DNA of 64,000 nucleotides from an uncultured Candidatus Sumerlaeota bacterium (GTDB lineage Bacteria; CAYMEV01): NCBI GenBank assembly GCA_964389675.1, contig CAYMEV010000012.1, positions 39,329 to 103,328 of the forward strand, read 5' to 3'. Shown piece by piece: positions 1 to 8,902 of this stretch (position 1 is its first letter; each line of letters starts with the position of its first letter). The notes under the pieces were generated by a model. It saw only the letters and a program-made list of their open reading frames with translations, ran no database searches and was not told where the DNA came from. The position numbers and the translations under genes were made by a program.

Positions 1-2305
1 CATCATCGCTTGGAGGCCAGTTTATTACATTCATCCTTATGGCCTTTCTCTGAGATTCATCTATATAGGGCGGGTTTGATGGCTCTGCATATCTTTCTTC
101 CTTGGGCCAGAACGGAGGAGCAATAAGCGTTCCTCTCATGTCCCAGGTGAAATTCCTGTTGAAGCCGGAGTTATTTGAGCCGAAAGTTCCATGCGCTCCA
201 TAGAGCTTCTCAATGTAGCCTCCCCTGAGCCTGACAGGGCCGTTGCCTGTTGCAGAGCCTCCCCAGTGGCTGTTTGAATACTCATAGACCTCTATCATGC
301 CCTGAGATGACATTACAAAGGCATCGACATAAAACTCCCTCAGGCTTCCGGTCATATTGTTGGGATTATATAGTATATCGCCTGTTGCGGTGTATATGCC
401 CAGCATATTCTGATGGAGGAATGTCCCGTCGCCTGCATCCATAAAAAGGCTGTCGCGGAAATTATAAAATCCGTCCTCATCAGGAGTATAGCCGTACCTG
501 TAGATGCCGGCAGCGGAATTCAATCCCTCATGCGGGCTGTCGTAAAACTCAGGAGCGCTGGTCTGCCCGTAATTTGAATATAATACATTGCCATCAAGGT
601 AGATATCCCCTTCAGAAGTGACATTCCACTGGGAATCGGATGTATAGTATATATCACCCATCGTATCTTCCCTTGGCTTCAGATTGCCTGATACAATTCC
701 GCTGAGGCCCGGGCCAGTTCCGACTGCTGTAGCGTAGCCCAAATTTCCGTTTACAAAGAGCATCCCATTCGGGGTGCCATTATAGACATTCCATCTTACA
801 GACCCCCAGCCGCTGGAGCTTGTGGGCCTGCTCCTTACATAGGTCTTCTGCTCCTTGTAGGAAATTCCGCCTAAACTGTAGTCGTCATCCTGGATCAGGA
901 CTTGAGTGATCGTATTATTGGCCTTTATCTCAACCATCTGGAAACCATTATCAAGCTTGACTGTATCGTTGGTATTAACAGAACCAGCGCTGTGTATGGG
1001 GCTTGAGGGCAGATTATTATGATCATTATCCTGCCATGGTGCAAGGAGTGATGAGTGATCCGGCCTTGTGCTTACAATGCTGAAGTGGACATAATCTGCA
1101 GCTGTGGGTACATAAATGCCCCCGACAACCTTGCCTGCGCTGGTATTAACCGTTGTCTGCGTGAGCGAATCCCATGCTGAGTTCCATGTCGTGGCCTTTG
1201 TATGCATGGATTTAAGCTTCTGGTCTATGGTATCTTCAGGGAAGTCAACAGAATCACTATATGCAACTGGCATGTAATGATAATCTTCAGGATTTCCCTT
1301 TACTTTCGGGTAATCATCATCAAAATAGCCTGATGTGAGACCACCTAGAAAGCTGGAGTATAGCTGGCCATAATGACCGGAAGAATAAGCATAGGGCAGA
1401 TAACCCTGAGGAATGCTATCCTGGTAGTCTGAATTAAAATAGTATATATTTGCGCATTTAAGAGTATTGTTGAAAACAGGATTGCCGTAAATATTAAAAT
1501 GGTCATTCGTATGGACAGGCCCCTTGAACTTGGTATTGTCAGTAAACCAGATTGCACTCACCCATTTGGGGTTGTCAAAATCCCTGTTCCTCTGCTTTTC
1601 CGTGCAGAGTACCCATAGGTTGAGAATCCTGTTGTTTAAGGGCTGTCTGAGATATCCCTCCTCAATTATATTGTACTGGCTTGCATATCTTCCATCTGAC
1701 TCTTCAGTGCCCGCCATGGTTATTATCCTGTAGGGTATATAGGCTGTGAATGTAAAGCCCTCCCCATCCTGGAACTTGATCCTCCCGGGCAGGCCGAAAT
1801 CAAAATCATTGGCAAAATGCGGCCATTCATCAGCTATCTCAGTCATTACGGTATCATCGTCATTAATAAGGACAGGCCTGTTTCCCACTACAAAATATGT
1901 ATCAAGGTCAGTAACCGCCTTTTCATCAAATCCTTCGACAGATATCTGTACCGGGTTGTTCATGGGATCACCTATGCCGTTAAAGCATGTATCTACAAAT
2001 TCAATATACCTTGTTACAAATAATTCAGGGTTTTTAGCAGGATCGGGGAAAATGCCTGTTCCTGGATTATCTGAGTTCCATTCTGAAATATACAGTACAA
2101 GATTATCCTTTATGGCCTGCCTGTATTGCCACAATGCTGAAGATACTGCGCTCTCAGCCCCTATTTTAACCCTGTTCAGCTCCTCCTGGTGGGATGTCTG
2201 TATTATCTGGCTTGTTGTCAGGTAATAGAAGGTCATTGAGAATAACAGCAGAACAAAAAGCACCATGAGGACAAGTATCAGGATTCCTCCTCTTTCTCTA
2301 TCCAT
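1..2305 (-). CDS. Large secreted protein with PilX-like N-terminal domain (type IV pilus-associated), 5' partial: N-terminal 768 codons in window, C-terminus beyond the edge
   Basis: ATG at 2305..2303 preceded by AAAGGAGGAT Shine-Dalgarno (rc of 2309-2318). N-terminus MDRERGGILILVLMVLFVLLLFSMTFYY matches the PilX_N pattern (basic-R-G then hydrophobic helix). Frame checked open to position 1 by hand at both ends; no in-window stop, which is why the ORF track omits it. Body is Gly/Asn/Tyr/Asp-rich. Confidence 0.5.
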   Translation of the reverse strand, partial: MDRERGGILILVLMVLFVLLLFSMTFYYLTTSQIIQTSHQEELNRVKIGAESAVSSALWQYRQAIKDNLVLYISEWNSDNPGTGIFPDPAKNPELFVTRYIEFVDTCFNGIGDPMNNPVQISVEGFDEKAVTDLDTYFVVGNRPVLINDDDTVMTEIADEWPHFANDFDFGLPGRIKFQDGEGFTFTAYIPYRIITMAGTEESDGRYASQYNIIEEGYLRQPLNNRILNLWVLCTEKQRNRDFDNPKWVSAIWFTDNTKFKGPVHTNDHFNIYGNPVFNNTLKCANIYYFNSDYQDSIPQGYLPYAYSSGHYGQLYSSFLGGLTSGYFDDDYPKVKGNPEDYHYMPVAYSDSVDFPEDTIDQKLKSMHTKATTWNSAWDSLTQTTVNTSAGKVVGGIYVPTAADYVHFSIVSTRPDHSSLLAPWQDNDHNNLPSSPIHSAGSVNTNDTVKLDNGFQMVEIKANNTITQVLIQDDDYSLGGISYKEQKTYVRSRPTSSSGWGSVRWNVYNGTPNGMLFVNGNLGYATAVGTGPGLSGIVSGNLKPREDTMGDIYYTSDSQWNVTSEGDIYLDGNVLYSNYGQTSAPEFYDSPHEGLNSAAGIYRYGYTPDEDGFYNFRDSLFMDAGDGTFLHQNMLGIYTATGDILYNPNNMTGSLREFYVDAFVMSSQGMIEVYEYSNSHWGGSATGNGPVRLRGGYIEKLYGAHGTFGSNNSGFNRNFTWDMRGTLIAPPFWPKEERYAEPSNPPYIDESQRKAIRMNVINWPPSDD

Positions 2306-2557
2306 ATAATCCTCCTTTATTGTTTTATATTAATATAACTGCAAAATATATGCCATAATATCGAAAGTCCGGCAGGCAGATATCAAAAGCACTATAAAAC
2401 AGGGTTCTTCATGTATTTTCATACTGCAGGTCATTGATAGAAAAGCCGGATATGATGCAGTTATCTTCACCACAAGTGCAGAAATTTGCACATATAGAAT
2501 GCTGTATCTTTATAAAAATTTCTTGTTTGTGCTGAACTGAAGTGGTATATAAAGCGT

Positions 2558-2899
2558 ATGGACATTTATGATGACATATATGAACCGGAAGGCAAAGTAC
2601 TTACAAAGCCCCTTAAGGCTGTATCATTAATTCTGCTTCTCAGCTTTCTGGCATTTGTCATAATAAATATGACATTTAGTATCCCTTCAAGCGATGCTGT
2701 GAAGTATAATGATATCGACCTTATTCCGGCAATAAAGCTTTCAGAATCTGAGAAAAAGGAGCTTAAGGCAAAGAAGGCTGATTATCTGGAACACAGGGAA
2801 TATTATGAACGCGAAAAAGAGAGAGAGGATTCAGCAGGTGATGATCATGAAAAAAGCGAAGAATCCCGGAATATGCCGGATGGTGTCTTCCTTAATTAA
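2558..2899 (+). CDS. Hypothetical small membrane-anchored protein with acidic/basic C-terminal tail
   Basis: 113-aa ORF directly upstream of proS; one hydrophobic segment ([17 protein letters not shown]) then charged low-complexity tail. No recognisable family. Confidence 0.3.
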   Translation: MDIYDDIYEPEGKVLTKPLKAVSLILLLSFLAFVIINMTFSIPSSDAVKYNDIDLIPAIKLSESEKKELKAKKADYLEHREYYEREKEREDSAGDDHEKSEESRNMPDGVFLN

Positions 2900-2931
2900 T
2901 AATAATTTTAAACAAAGAAGGTGGATTTGAG

Positions 2932-4356
2932 ATGGCAAAGATGATAACGAGCATGAGTGAAGATTATTCAAGATGGTATATAGACATTGTCACGAATGCG
3001 GAGCTTGCTGACTACAGCCCTGTGAAGGGATGCATGGTAATAAGGCCTAACGGATATGCACTCTGGGAGAATATACAAAAGACGCTTGACAGGATGTTTA
3101 AGGAAACAGGGCACGTGAATGCCTACTTTCCCCTTCTTATCCCTGAAAGTTTTATGAGAAAGGAAGCGGAGCATGTTGAAGGCTTTGCACCTGAATGTGC
3201 TGTTGTGACGCACGGCGGAGGCAAAAAACTGGAGGAATCCCTGTATATAAGGCCGACATCAGAGACCATTATATGGTCAATGTATTCTAAGTGGATAAAC
3301 TCCTACAGAGACCTGCCTTTACTCATAAACCAGTGGGCCAATGTCCTGAGATGGGAGATGAGGACGCGCCTTTTCCTAAGGACAACGGAATTCTTATGGC
3401 AGGAAGGCCACACTGCGCATGCAACAGCAGAAGAAGCCGAAGAAGAGACCGTCAGGATGATTGATATATACAGGGAATTTTGTGAGAAATGCCTTGCAAT
3501 ACCTGTATTAAAAGGGAAGAAAACCAATAAGGAGAAATTTGCAGGGGCTGTCCATACTTACAGCATTGAGGCCATGATGCAGGACAAGAAAGCCCTGCAG
3601 GCAGGGACATCCCATAATCTCGGGCAGAATTTTGCAAAGGCTTTCAATGTTACATACCTTGACAGCTCCGGGGAGAGGAAGCTTGTGTGGGCAACCAGCT
3701 GGGGAGTTTCAACAAGGCTTATAGGTGCCCTTATCATGGCGCATTCTGATGATAATGGCCTTGTTGTACCGCCGAAGATTGCGCACAGGGACTGCGTGAT
3801 CATACCTATATGGAAAAGGGAAGAGGACAGGGGCCGAGTCCTTGATTACTCCTCAAAGATATATTCAGCCCTGAAAAAGAATGGCATAAATGCAATCTAT
3901 GATGACTCAGACCAGTATAAGCCGGGATGGAAGTATGCACAGTATGAGATGCTTGGTATCCCTTTGAGAATCGAGGTTGGCCCCAGGGAGGTGGACCAGG
4001 CAAAAGCTGTGATAGTAAGAAGGGATAACAGGGCAAAAGCACTGTGCGATGTAGAGAATATTATTCAGTCAGTCGCTGAAGCAGGGACTGCCATGCAGGA
4101 AGCGATGTATCTCAAGGCAAAGAATATGCTTGAATCAAATACGCGAGAGGTGGAGACACTGAAGGAACTTGAAAAGCAGATCGAGGACGGGGGGTTCTTC
4201 AGGGTAAGCTGGTGCGGTGAAAGAGAATGCGAGGACGTATTCCAGGACAGGATGAAGGCCACGATCAGGCTGATAGATTCGGACTATGATGCAGGAAGGT
4301 GCATAATCTGCGGGAAAAAATCCCGTAACACCGTTATTGTTGCACGGTCTTATTAA
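2932..4356 (+). CDS. proS: Proline--tRNA ligase, archaeal/eukaryotic-type class II
   Basis: 474 aa; N-terminal [46 protein letters not shown] and overall length match the archaeal-type ProRS family (shorter than the bacterial type with an editing insertion); AGGTGG RBS upstream. Confidence 0.9.
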   Translation: MAKMITSMSEDYSRWYIDIVTNAELADYSPVKGCMVIRPNGYALWENIQKTLDRMFKETGHVNAYFPLLIPESFMRKEAEHVEGFAPECAVVTHGGGKKLEESLYIRPTSETIIWSMYSKWINSYRDLPLLINQWANVLRWEMRTRLFLRTTEFLWQEGHTAHATAEEAEEETVRMIDIYREFCEKCLAIPVLKGKKTNKEKFAGAVHTYSIEAMMQDKKALQAGTSHNLGQNFAKAFNVTYLDSSGERKLVWATSWGVSTRLIGALIMAHSDDNGLVVPPKIAHRDCVIIPIWKREEDRGRVLDYSSKIYSALKKNGINAIYDDSDQYKPGWKYAQYEMLGIPLRIEVGPREVDQAKAVIVRRDNRAKALCDVENIIQSVAEAGTAMQEAMYLKAKNMLESNTREVETLKELEKQIEDGGFFRVSWCGERECEDVFQDRMKATIRLIDSDYDAGRCIICGKKSRNTVIVARSY

Positions 4357-4359
4357 GGC

Positions 4360-4842
4360 ATGGCTCTTATTGCTGCAGATTTTACATCGTGCCTTATCTT
4401 CAGGAAAAGGGGGAAAGATATACAGTACCTGCTTCTTAAGAGAGCCGATGGTTTGCCATATCAGGGAATATGGCAGTATGTTACCGGGTCAATAGAGCCA
4501 GGCGAACACACCATAAGGGCGGTCATGAGGGAAATTGCGGAAGAAACCGGGCTGAGGGCAGTCAGGCTTTACAGGTATCCTGATATTGCCCGTTTTTATC
4601 TCCCCTGCGATGATAAAATACATATATCATCTGTTTTTCTGGCAGATGCCGGTGCCGGTGATAATGTCATCATAAGCAATGAGCATTCTGAATACAGATG
4701 GGTCAGGAAAAAGGAAGGGATGAGATTGCTGTACTGGCCGTTTGACAAGGCTGTCCTTGATATGTCATCCAGCATAATAAACAGTGATATCCCTCAAAAT
4801 TTATTTGAAATTAAAGATATTGCTAAATATTTAAAAATATAG
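4360..4842 (+). CDS. NUDIX hydrolase
   Basis: Nudix box GSIEPGEHTIRAVMREIAEETGL (G-x5-E-x7-REUxEExGU pattern); starts 4 nt after the proS stop. Confidence 0.75.
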   Translation: MALIAADFTSCLIFRKRGKDIQYLLLKRADGLPYQGIWQYVTGSIEPGEHTIRAVMREIAEETGLRAVRLYRYPDIARFYLPCDDKIHISSVFLADAGAGDNVIISNEHSEYRWVRKKEGMRLLYWPFDKAVLDMSSSIINSDIPQNLFEIKDIAKYLKI

Positions 4843-4885
4843 TATTATAATACGGAAATAATTTAACAAGTACAGGAGTAAGTAG

Positions 4886-5368
4886 ATGGAATACTCGTAT
4901 AAAATCATCAAGAAAGAGAATGTAAGCGAAATATTGCTCGCAGAGCTTCCGCAGAAACCGGGGATTGCAGCCGATATCTTTTCCGTTTTTGCAAAGGAAA
5001 AGATAAATATTATACTTATCCACCATAATTATACAGGGCTGGAAGGCGGAGATGCATCAGTTTTTGTCTCCAGGGAAGATGCAGAGAAAGCATATGAATT
5101 CATAATGAAGGAAAAGGGGAATATCGGGGTTAAATCCGTTGACAGGAATGACTCTCTTGTCTTTCTGTCTGTCTCTTCAATGCATTTCAAAAAGGCACAG
5201 ACACTCGGGCTGGAGATCTTTAAGGCTTTGTGCAATGAGAACGTGCCTCTTCATATTCTCTCCATTGCAGGAGAAAATGTGAATATAGTCATCCCTGAGA
5301 AGAACATTAATTCCGCTTTAAGTTCACTGGAAAGGTACCTGGGAGAGCCCATTATTTCAACTGTATAG
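4886..5368 (+). CDS. ACT-domain protein (aspartate-kinase regulatory-domain-like, stand-alone)
   Basis: 160 aa; two ACT-like beta-alpha-beta-beta-alpha-beta units resembling the aspartokinase C-terminal regulatory region; no catalytic domain. Confidence 0.45.
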   Translation: MEYSYKIIKKENVSEILLAELPQKPGIAADIFSVFAKEKINIILIHHNYTGLEGGDASVFVSREDAEKAYEFIMKEKGNIGVKSVDRNDSLVFLSVSSMHFKKAQTLGLEIFKALCNENVPLHILSIAGENVNIVIPEKNINSALSSLERYLGEPIISTV

Positions 5369-5409
5369 AAGAAGGGATGGCTTTCGCCACCCCTTTTGTG
5401 TTCCGGATA

Positions 5410-5865
5410 CTATTTTTTTTCTGCTGATATCTGTATCTGTTTTGGTTTTACAGATTCCTTCTTCGGGAGGGTTATCTTAAGGACTCCCTCCTTGAATGTA
5501 GCATTTATCTTTTCCTTATCGATGTTTGAAGGAAGGTTGAAACTCCTGGAGAATTTTCCGTATATCCTTTCAACCCTGTGATAATTCCTGTCTTTTGAAA
5601 CAGTCTCGTCTTTTCTCTCTCCTTCAATATTAAGGGAATCTTCTTCTATGTTCACCTTTATGTCATCCAGCCTCATTCCGGGGAGTTCAACATCCATTTT
5701 TATCTCTTCCTTGGTCTCATAGATATCGACCAGCGGGGAGAAGAAGCTTCCTTCCTCATCGTGTTTTCTCGGATACCTTGAAGAGAAGGTATCGTCAAAC
5801 AGTTTGTTAATAGCATCCTGCATCACATGTAGTTCCTGAAAAGGATTCCATCTGATAATTGCCAT
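5410..5865 (-). CDS. Hsp20/alpha-crystallin family small heat-shock protein
   Basis: 151 aa; alpha-crystallin domain (DIYETKEEIKMDVELPGMRLDDIKVNIEEDSLNIEGERK ... GVLKITLPK). Confidence 0.85.
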   Translation of the reverse strand: MAIIRWNPFQELHVMQDAINKLFDDTFSSRYPRKHDEEGSFFSPLVDIYETKEEIKMDVELPGMRLDDIKVNIEEDSLNIEGERKDETVSKDRNYHRVERIYGKFSRSFNLPSNIDKEKINATFKEGVLKITLPKKESVKPKQIQISAEKK

Positions 5866-5884
5866 TTTACAACACCTCCTTGTT

Positions 5885-6337
5885 TTATTTGGTTTTAATA
5901 TTGATATTTATTGCTTTTTTCTTGGATTCAGGCAGTTTCGGAAGCACGACCGAAAGAACTCCGTCTGCATATTTTGCCTCTACCTTGTCCCTGTCAATCT
6001 TGTCAGGCAGATTGAAAGCCTTTTCAAAGCTTCCGTAAAACCTTTCACCCCTGAAGCAGCATTCATCTGTATATTCCTGCGGTTTTGGCCTGGTTCCCGA
6101 GATACTTAGAGTATTATTCTCAATGATCAGCTTTATATCATCTATGCTGAGGCCTGGCAGATCAACTGATATTATATAATTGTCATCCTTCTCATAGATG
6201 TCAGACAAAGGTTCCCATAACCCGCCGGAAGAAGGCCTTTTCTTAAGCAGGAAAGCGGGTGCCTCATTTACAAGAGATCTGAAAATATCCCTCAGAATCG
6301 GCCGGTCCATCAAATAATCATTCTTATAATCTTTCAT
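5885..6337 (-). CDS. Hsp20/alpha-crystallin family small heat-shock protein (tandem paralog)
   Basis: 150 aa; same domain (DIYEKDDNYIISVDLPGLSIDDIKLIIENNTLSISGTR ... GVLSVVLPK); AGGAGG RBS upstream. Confidence 0.85.
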   Translation of the reverse strand: MKDYKNDYLMDRPILRDIFRSLVNEAPAFLLKKRPSSGGLWEPLSDIYEKDDNYIISVDLPGLSIDDIKLIIENNTLSISGTRPKPQEYTDECCFRGERFYGSFEKAFNLPDKIDRDKVEAKYADGVLSVVLPKLPESKKKAININIKTK

Positions 6338-6370
6338 AACTAAAACCTCCTAATGTTTTATCTAATTAAT

Positions 6371-6399
6371 AATATATAATCTGATAGCATATTTGTCAA
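6371..6399 (-). promoter_or_regulatory. Candidate sigma-70-type promoter for the tandem hsp20 genes (TTGACA-N17-TATATT on minus strand)
   Basis: rc of 6371-6399 reads TTGACA aatatgctatcagatta TATATT, about 25 nt upstream of the AGGAGG RBS of the 5885..6337 gene. Confidence 0.3.
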
Positions 6400-6516
6400 G
6401 TAATTTTAATAATATTTTTTATATTTTATATATTACATTGTATCACCTTTATTGGGAAAGATTTAATGAGTGGGATGAAAATATTGGCAGTTAACTATGA
6501 AAGGTTGCGAAATGCC

Positions 6517-7029
6517 CTAAAAAACAAGCTTATAGCCAATATTAAAATAGATGGTGTTCTCAGTGTAGGATTCCATTATTTTGGGTTTGTATTTAAGCTG
6601 TGAGATCCCGCCTTCAATATAGACATAATGGAATGGCATGATCTTATAGTAGCAGCCGGCACAGGAGTGTATTCCTGCAGTGCCTTCAAGCTCATAGTCA
6701 GAATGGTCAGGAAGCAGGTAATGTGCACCCAGTGCAATATATGGAAAGAATCTGTAACCGCTGGTTTCACGGTCACTGAAAGCATAGACAACATCGATGG
6801 AGAAGAGGTCTGCCTCTATGTCATCATCATTTTCAGCAAGATACTGATAGCGTATTCTAAGGTGGGTGGGATTCCAGAAAGGCACCTCTGTTGAAATACC
6901 CAATGAAATATGATCATTAATCGAGCCGGCGCTGAAATCGATGCATGGATCGTAGGAAAGCCCTATGTCCATTGCACTTACAGAAAATACTATAAATAGA
7001 AACAGAAACGGGAAAATAATCCTTTTCAT
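6517..7029 (-). CDS. Small outer-membrane beta-barrel protein (signal peptide, C-terminal Phe)
   Basis: 170 aa; N-terminal signal peptide MKRIIFPFLFLFIVFSVSA; alternating hydrophobic/aromatic strands; terminal ...GYKLVF. Confidence 0.45.
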   Translation of the reverse strand: MKRIIFPFLFLFIVFSVSAMDIGLSYDPCIDFSAGSINDHISLGISTEVPFWNPTHLRIRYQYLAENDDDIEADLFSIDVVYAFSDRETSGYRFFPYIALGAHYLLPDHSDYELEGTAGIHSCAGCYYKIMPFHYVYIEGGISQLKYKPKIMESYTENTIYFNIGYKLVF

Positions 7030-7190
7030 TGGTGGTCTCCTTCCTTATTAGTTGAATGCTGAAGATTTATAATGTATATTCTATGCATGCATGCTGGTTT
7101 GTCAAGGAAAATTCAGATTTCTATATTGATAAATTGTTATAATATATGTATAATAAAGGCTTAGCAATTCTTAAAAAAGGTGAAAAATCT

Positions 7191-8477
7191 ATGAATGATA
7201 AATGGATAATACAGGAGTGCAGAAATAAACTCCATGGCACAATAAAGCCATCCGGAAACAAAAATGAAGCGCTTCCCGCAATCTGTGCAGCCCTGCTCTC
7301 CGAAGAGGAGGTTGTGCTGGAAAATGTTCCTGATATAACGGATGTCAGGGATATGCTTACAATTATAAGGAGTATAGGGGCTCAGGTCAGTTTTGAAAAC
7401 AATTCTGTCAGGATTATTCCCAGAGATGCCTATGACCTGTCAGATATGGACGCTGATGCTGCAAGGAGGATAAGGGCCTCATTCCTTCTTGCAGGAGTAC
7501 TGCTGACAAAGCATAGATCTGTTTTCCTCCCTTCCCCTGGCGGTGATTCAATTGGCTCCAGGCCCCTTAATGTGCATTTTGACCTCTTTGCGAAGCTGGG
7601 AATAATTACAGAGGAAAAATCTGACGGATACCTTATGGAATGGAAAAAACAATCAGGAATTGACCATCTCTTTCTTGATGAACCCAGCGTAATGGCTACG
7701 GAGAACATTCTTATGCTGTGCTCCAGGATAGAAAAAACAATAATTATTGAAAATACGGCAGCTGAGCCTCATATACAAGGCCTTTGCAGGATGCTCTGCG
7801 ATATGGGATGCATGATTGAAGGCATAGGTTCAAACCGGCTTATCATCACAGGCTGTTCAAAGCTTGTAGGTATCCGGCACAGAGTCTCCTGTGACCATAT
7901 AGAGATTGGATCCTTCATCAGCCTTGCCATAGCGCAAAAATGCAGTCTGAGGATAATGTATGATAAATATGAAAATATAAGGCCAATTTTGAATGTTTAT
8001 AAATGGCTCGGGGCGGGTCTGGATATAAAAGAGGGTATTATTGAGCTGAAAGAAAGGGAAGAATATGCCATAACCCCTCCAAAAGGTGTAGATATCCTGA
8101 AAGTAGCTGACGGGCCATGGCCTAATTTCCCATCTGACCTCATGAGTACGGTGATTGTTGCAGCAACTCAGTGCAGAGGAAGCATGCTGTTTTTTGAGAA
8201 GATGTTTGAAAGCAGGCTGTATTTTGTGGATGAACTGATCAGAATGGGGGCGAGGATCGTTCATTGTGATCCTCACAGGGTCATTACAATGGGCCCGTCG
8301 CCTCTGAGGGGAATACTCATGAGCTCGCCTGACATCAGGGCAGGCTATGCCCTCCTTATTGCGGCATTATGTGCAAAGGGTACAACTACACTTTCCAATA
8401 TAAAGACCGTCAACAGGGGATACGAGGATGTTCTCGGCAAGCTGAAAAGCATAGGGGCATGCATTGAAAGCCGGTAG
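7191..8477 (+). CDS. murA: UDP-N-acetylglucosamine 1-carboxyvinyltransferase (MurA), Asp variant at the catalytic Cys position
   Basis: Start moved to ATG 7191 (AAAGGTGA RBS 8 nt upstream) from the ORF-track 7146. KNEALPAICAALL matches the MurA N-terminal motif; loop PGGDSIGSRPLNVH aligns to E. coli PGGCAIGARPVDLH. Confidence 0.8.
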   Translation: MNDKWIIQECRNKLHGTIKPSGNKNEALPAICAALLSEEEVVLENVPDITDVRDMLTIIRSIGAQVSFENNSVRIIPRDAYDLSDMDADAARRIRASFLLAGVLLTKHRSVFLPSPGGDSIGSRPLNVHFDLFAKLGIITEEKSDGYLMEWKKQSGIDHLFLDEPSVMATENILMLCSRIEKTIIIENTAAEPHIQGLCRMLCDMGCMIEGIGSNRLIITGCSKLVGIRHRVSCDHIEIGSFISLAIAQKCSLRIMYDKYENIRPILNVYKWLGAGLDIKEGIIELKEREEYAITPPKGVDILKVADGPWPNFPSDLMSTVIVAATQCRGSMLFFEKMFESRLYFVDELIRMGARIVHCDPHRVITMGPSPLRGILMSSPDIRAGYALLIAALCAKGTTTLSNIKTVNRGYEDVLGKLKSIGACIESR

Positions 8478-8527
8478 ACAGCATAAAAACAGGCCAGGAA
8501 GGCTGTTTTAACGATGCATGGGGTGCT

Positions 8528-8701
8528 CTATGCGTCTTCCTGCTCAAGCTTGACGAAAAACTCTTTCGGGGAACAGCAGATAGGGCATTTGAAATCTATG
8601 TCTATATCTTCAAAAAGGGTATTGGGCTTCACATCAGCATCCTCTTCTCCTATTTGAGGATCATAGATATAATGACATATCTTGCATTCCCATTTATCCA
8701 T
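8528..8701 (-). CDS. Rubredoxin
   Basis: 57 aa from internal ATG 8701 (AAGGAG RBS 9 nt upstream): MDKWECKICHYIYDP...FKCPICCSPK carries the two CxxC knuckles with aromatic core. The 32-codon upstream extension in the ORF track is rejected. Confidence 0.8.
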   Translation of the reverse strand: MDKWECKICHYIYDPQIGEEDADVKPNTLFEDIDIDFKCPICCSPKEFFVKLEQEDA

Positions 8702-8902
8702 TGTCTTTATCTCCTTTAACTGGCTTAGATTATTATACCGCAAATGAATATTAAAATTCAAGCCTTTTGGGAGAAAAAAAATGTGAATATGAAACATTTA
8801 TATAACATATATGAATTTTATTTGTATAATCTTCTATATATATTATATTATGAAATTGCAAAATACCCTTATTAATGCAACTAAGAAAGTGGAGCTTTAT
8901 TT

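Noticed and set aside
250-2225. Plus-strand ORFs (250..444, 1524..1733, 1746..2225, 1817..2023) and minus ORF 1345..1557 at the left end
   Set aside because: All lie within the long open minus-strand frame of the PilX-like protein (different frames), which has a strong RBS and coherent protein-like translation.
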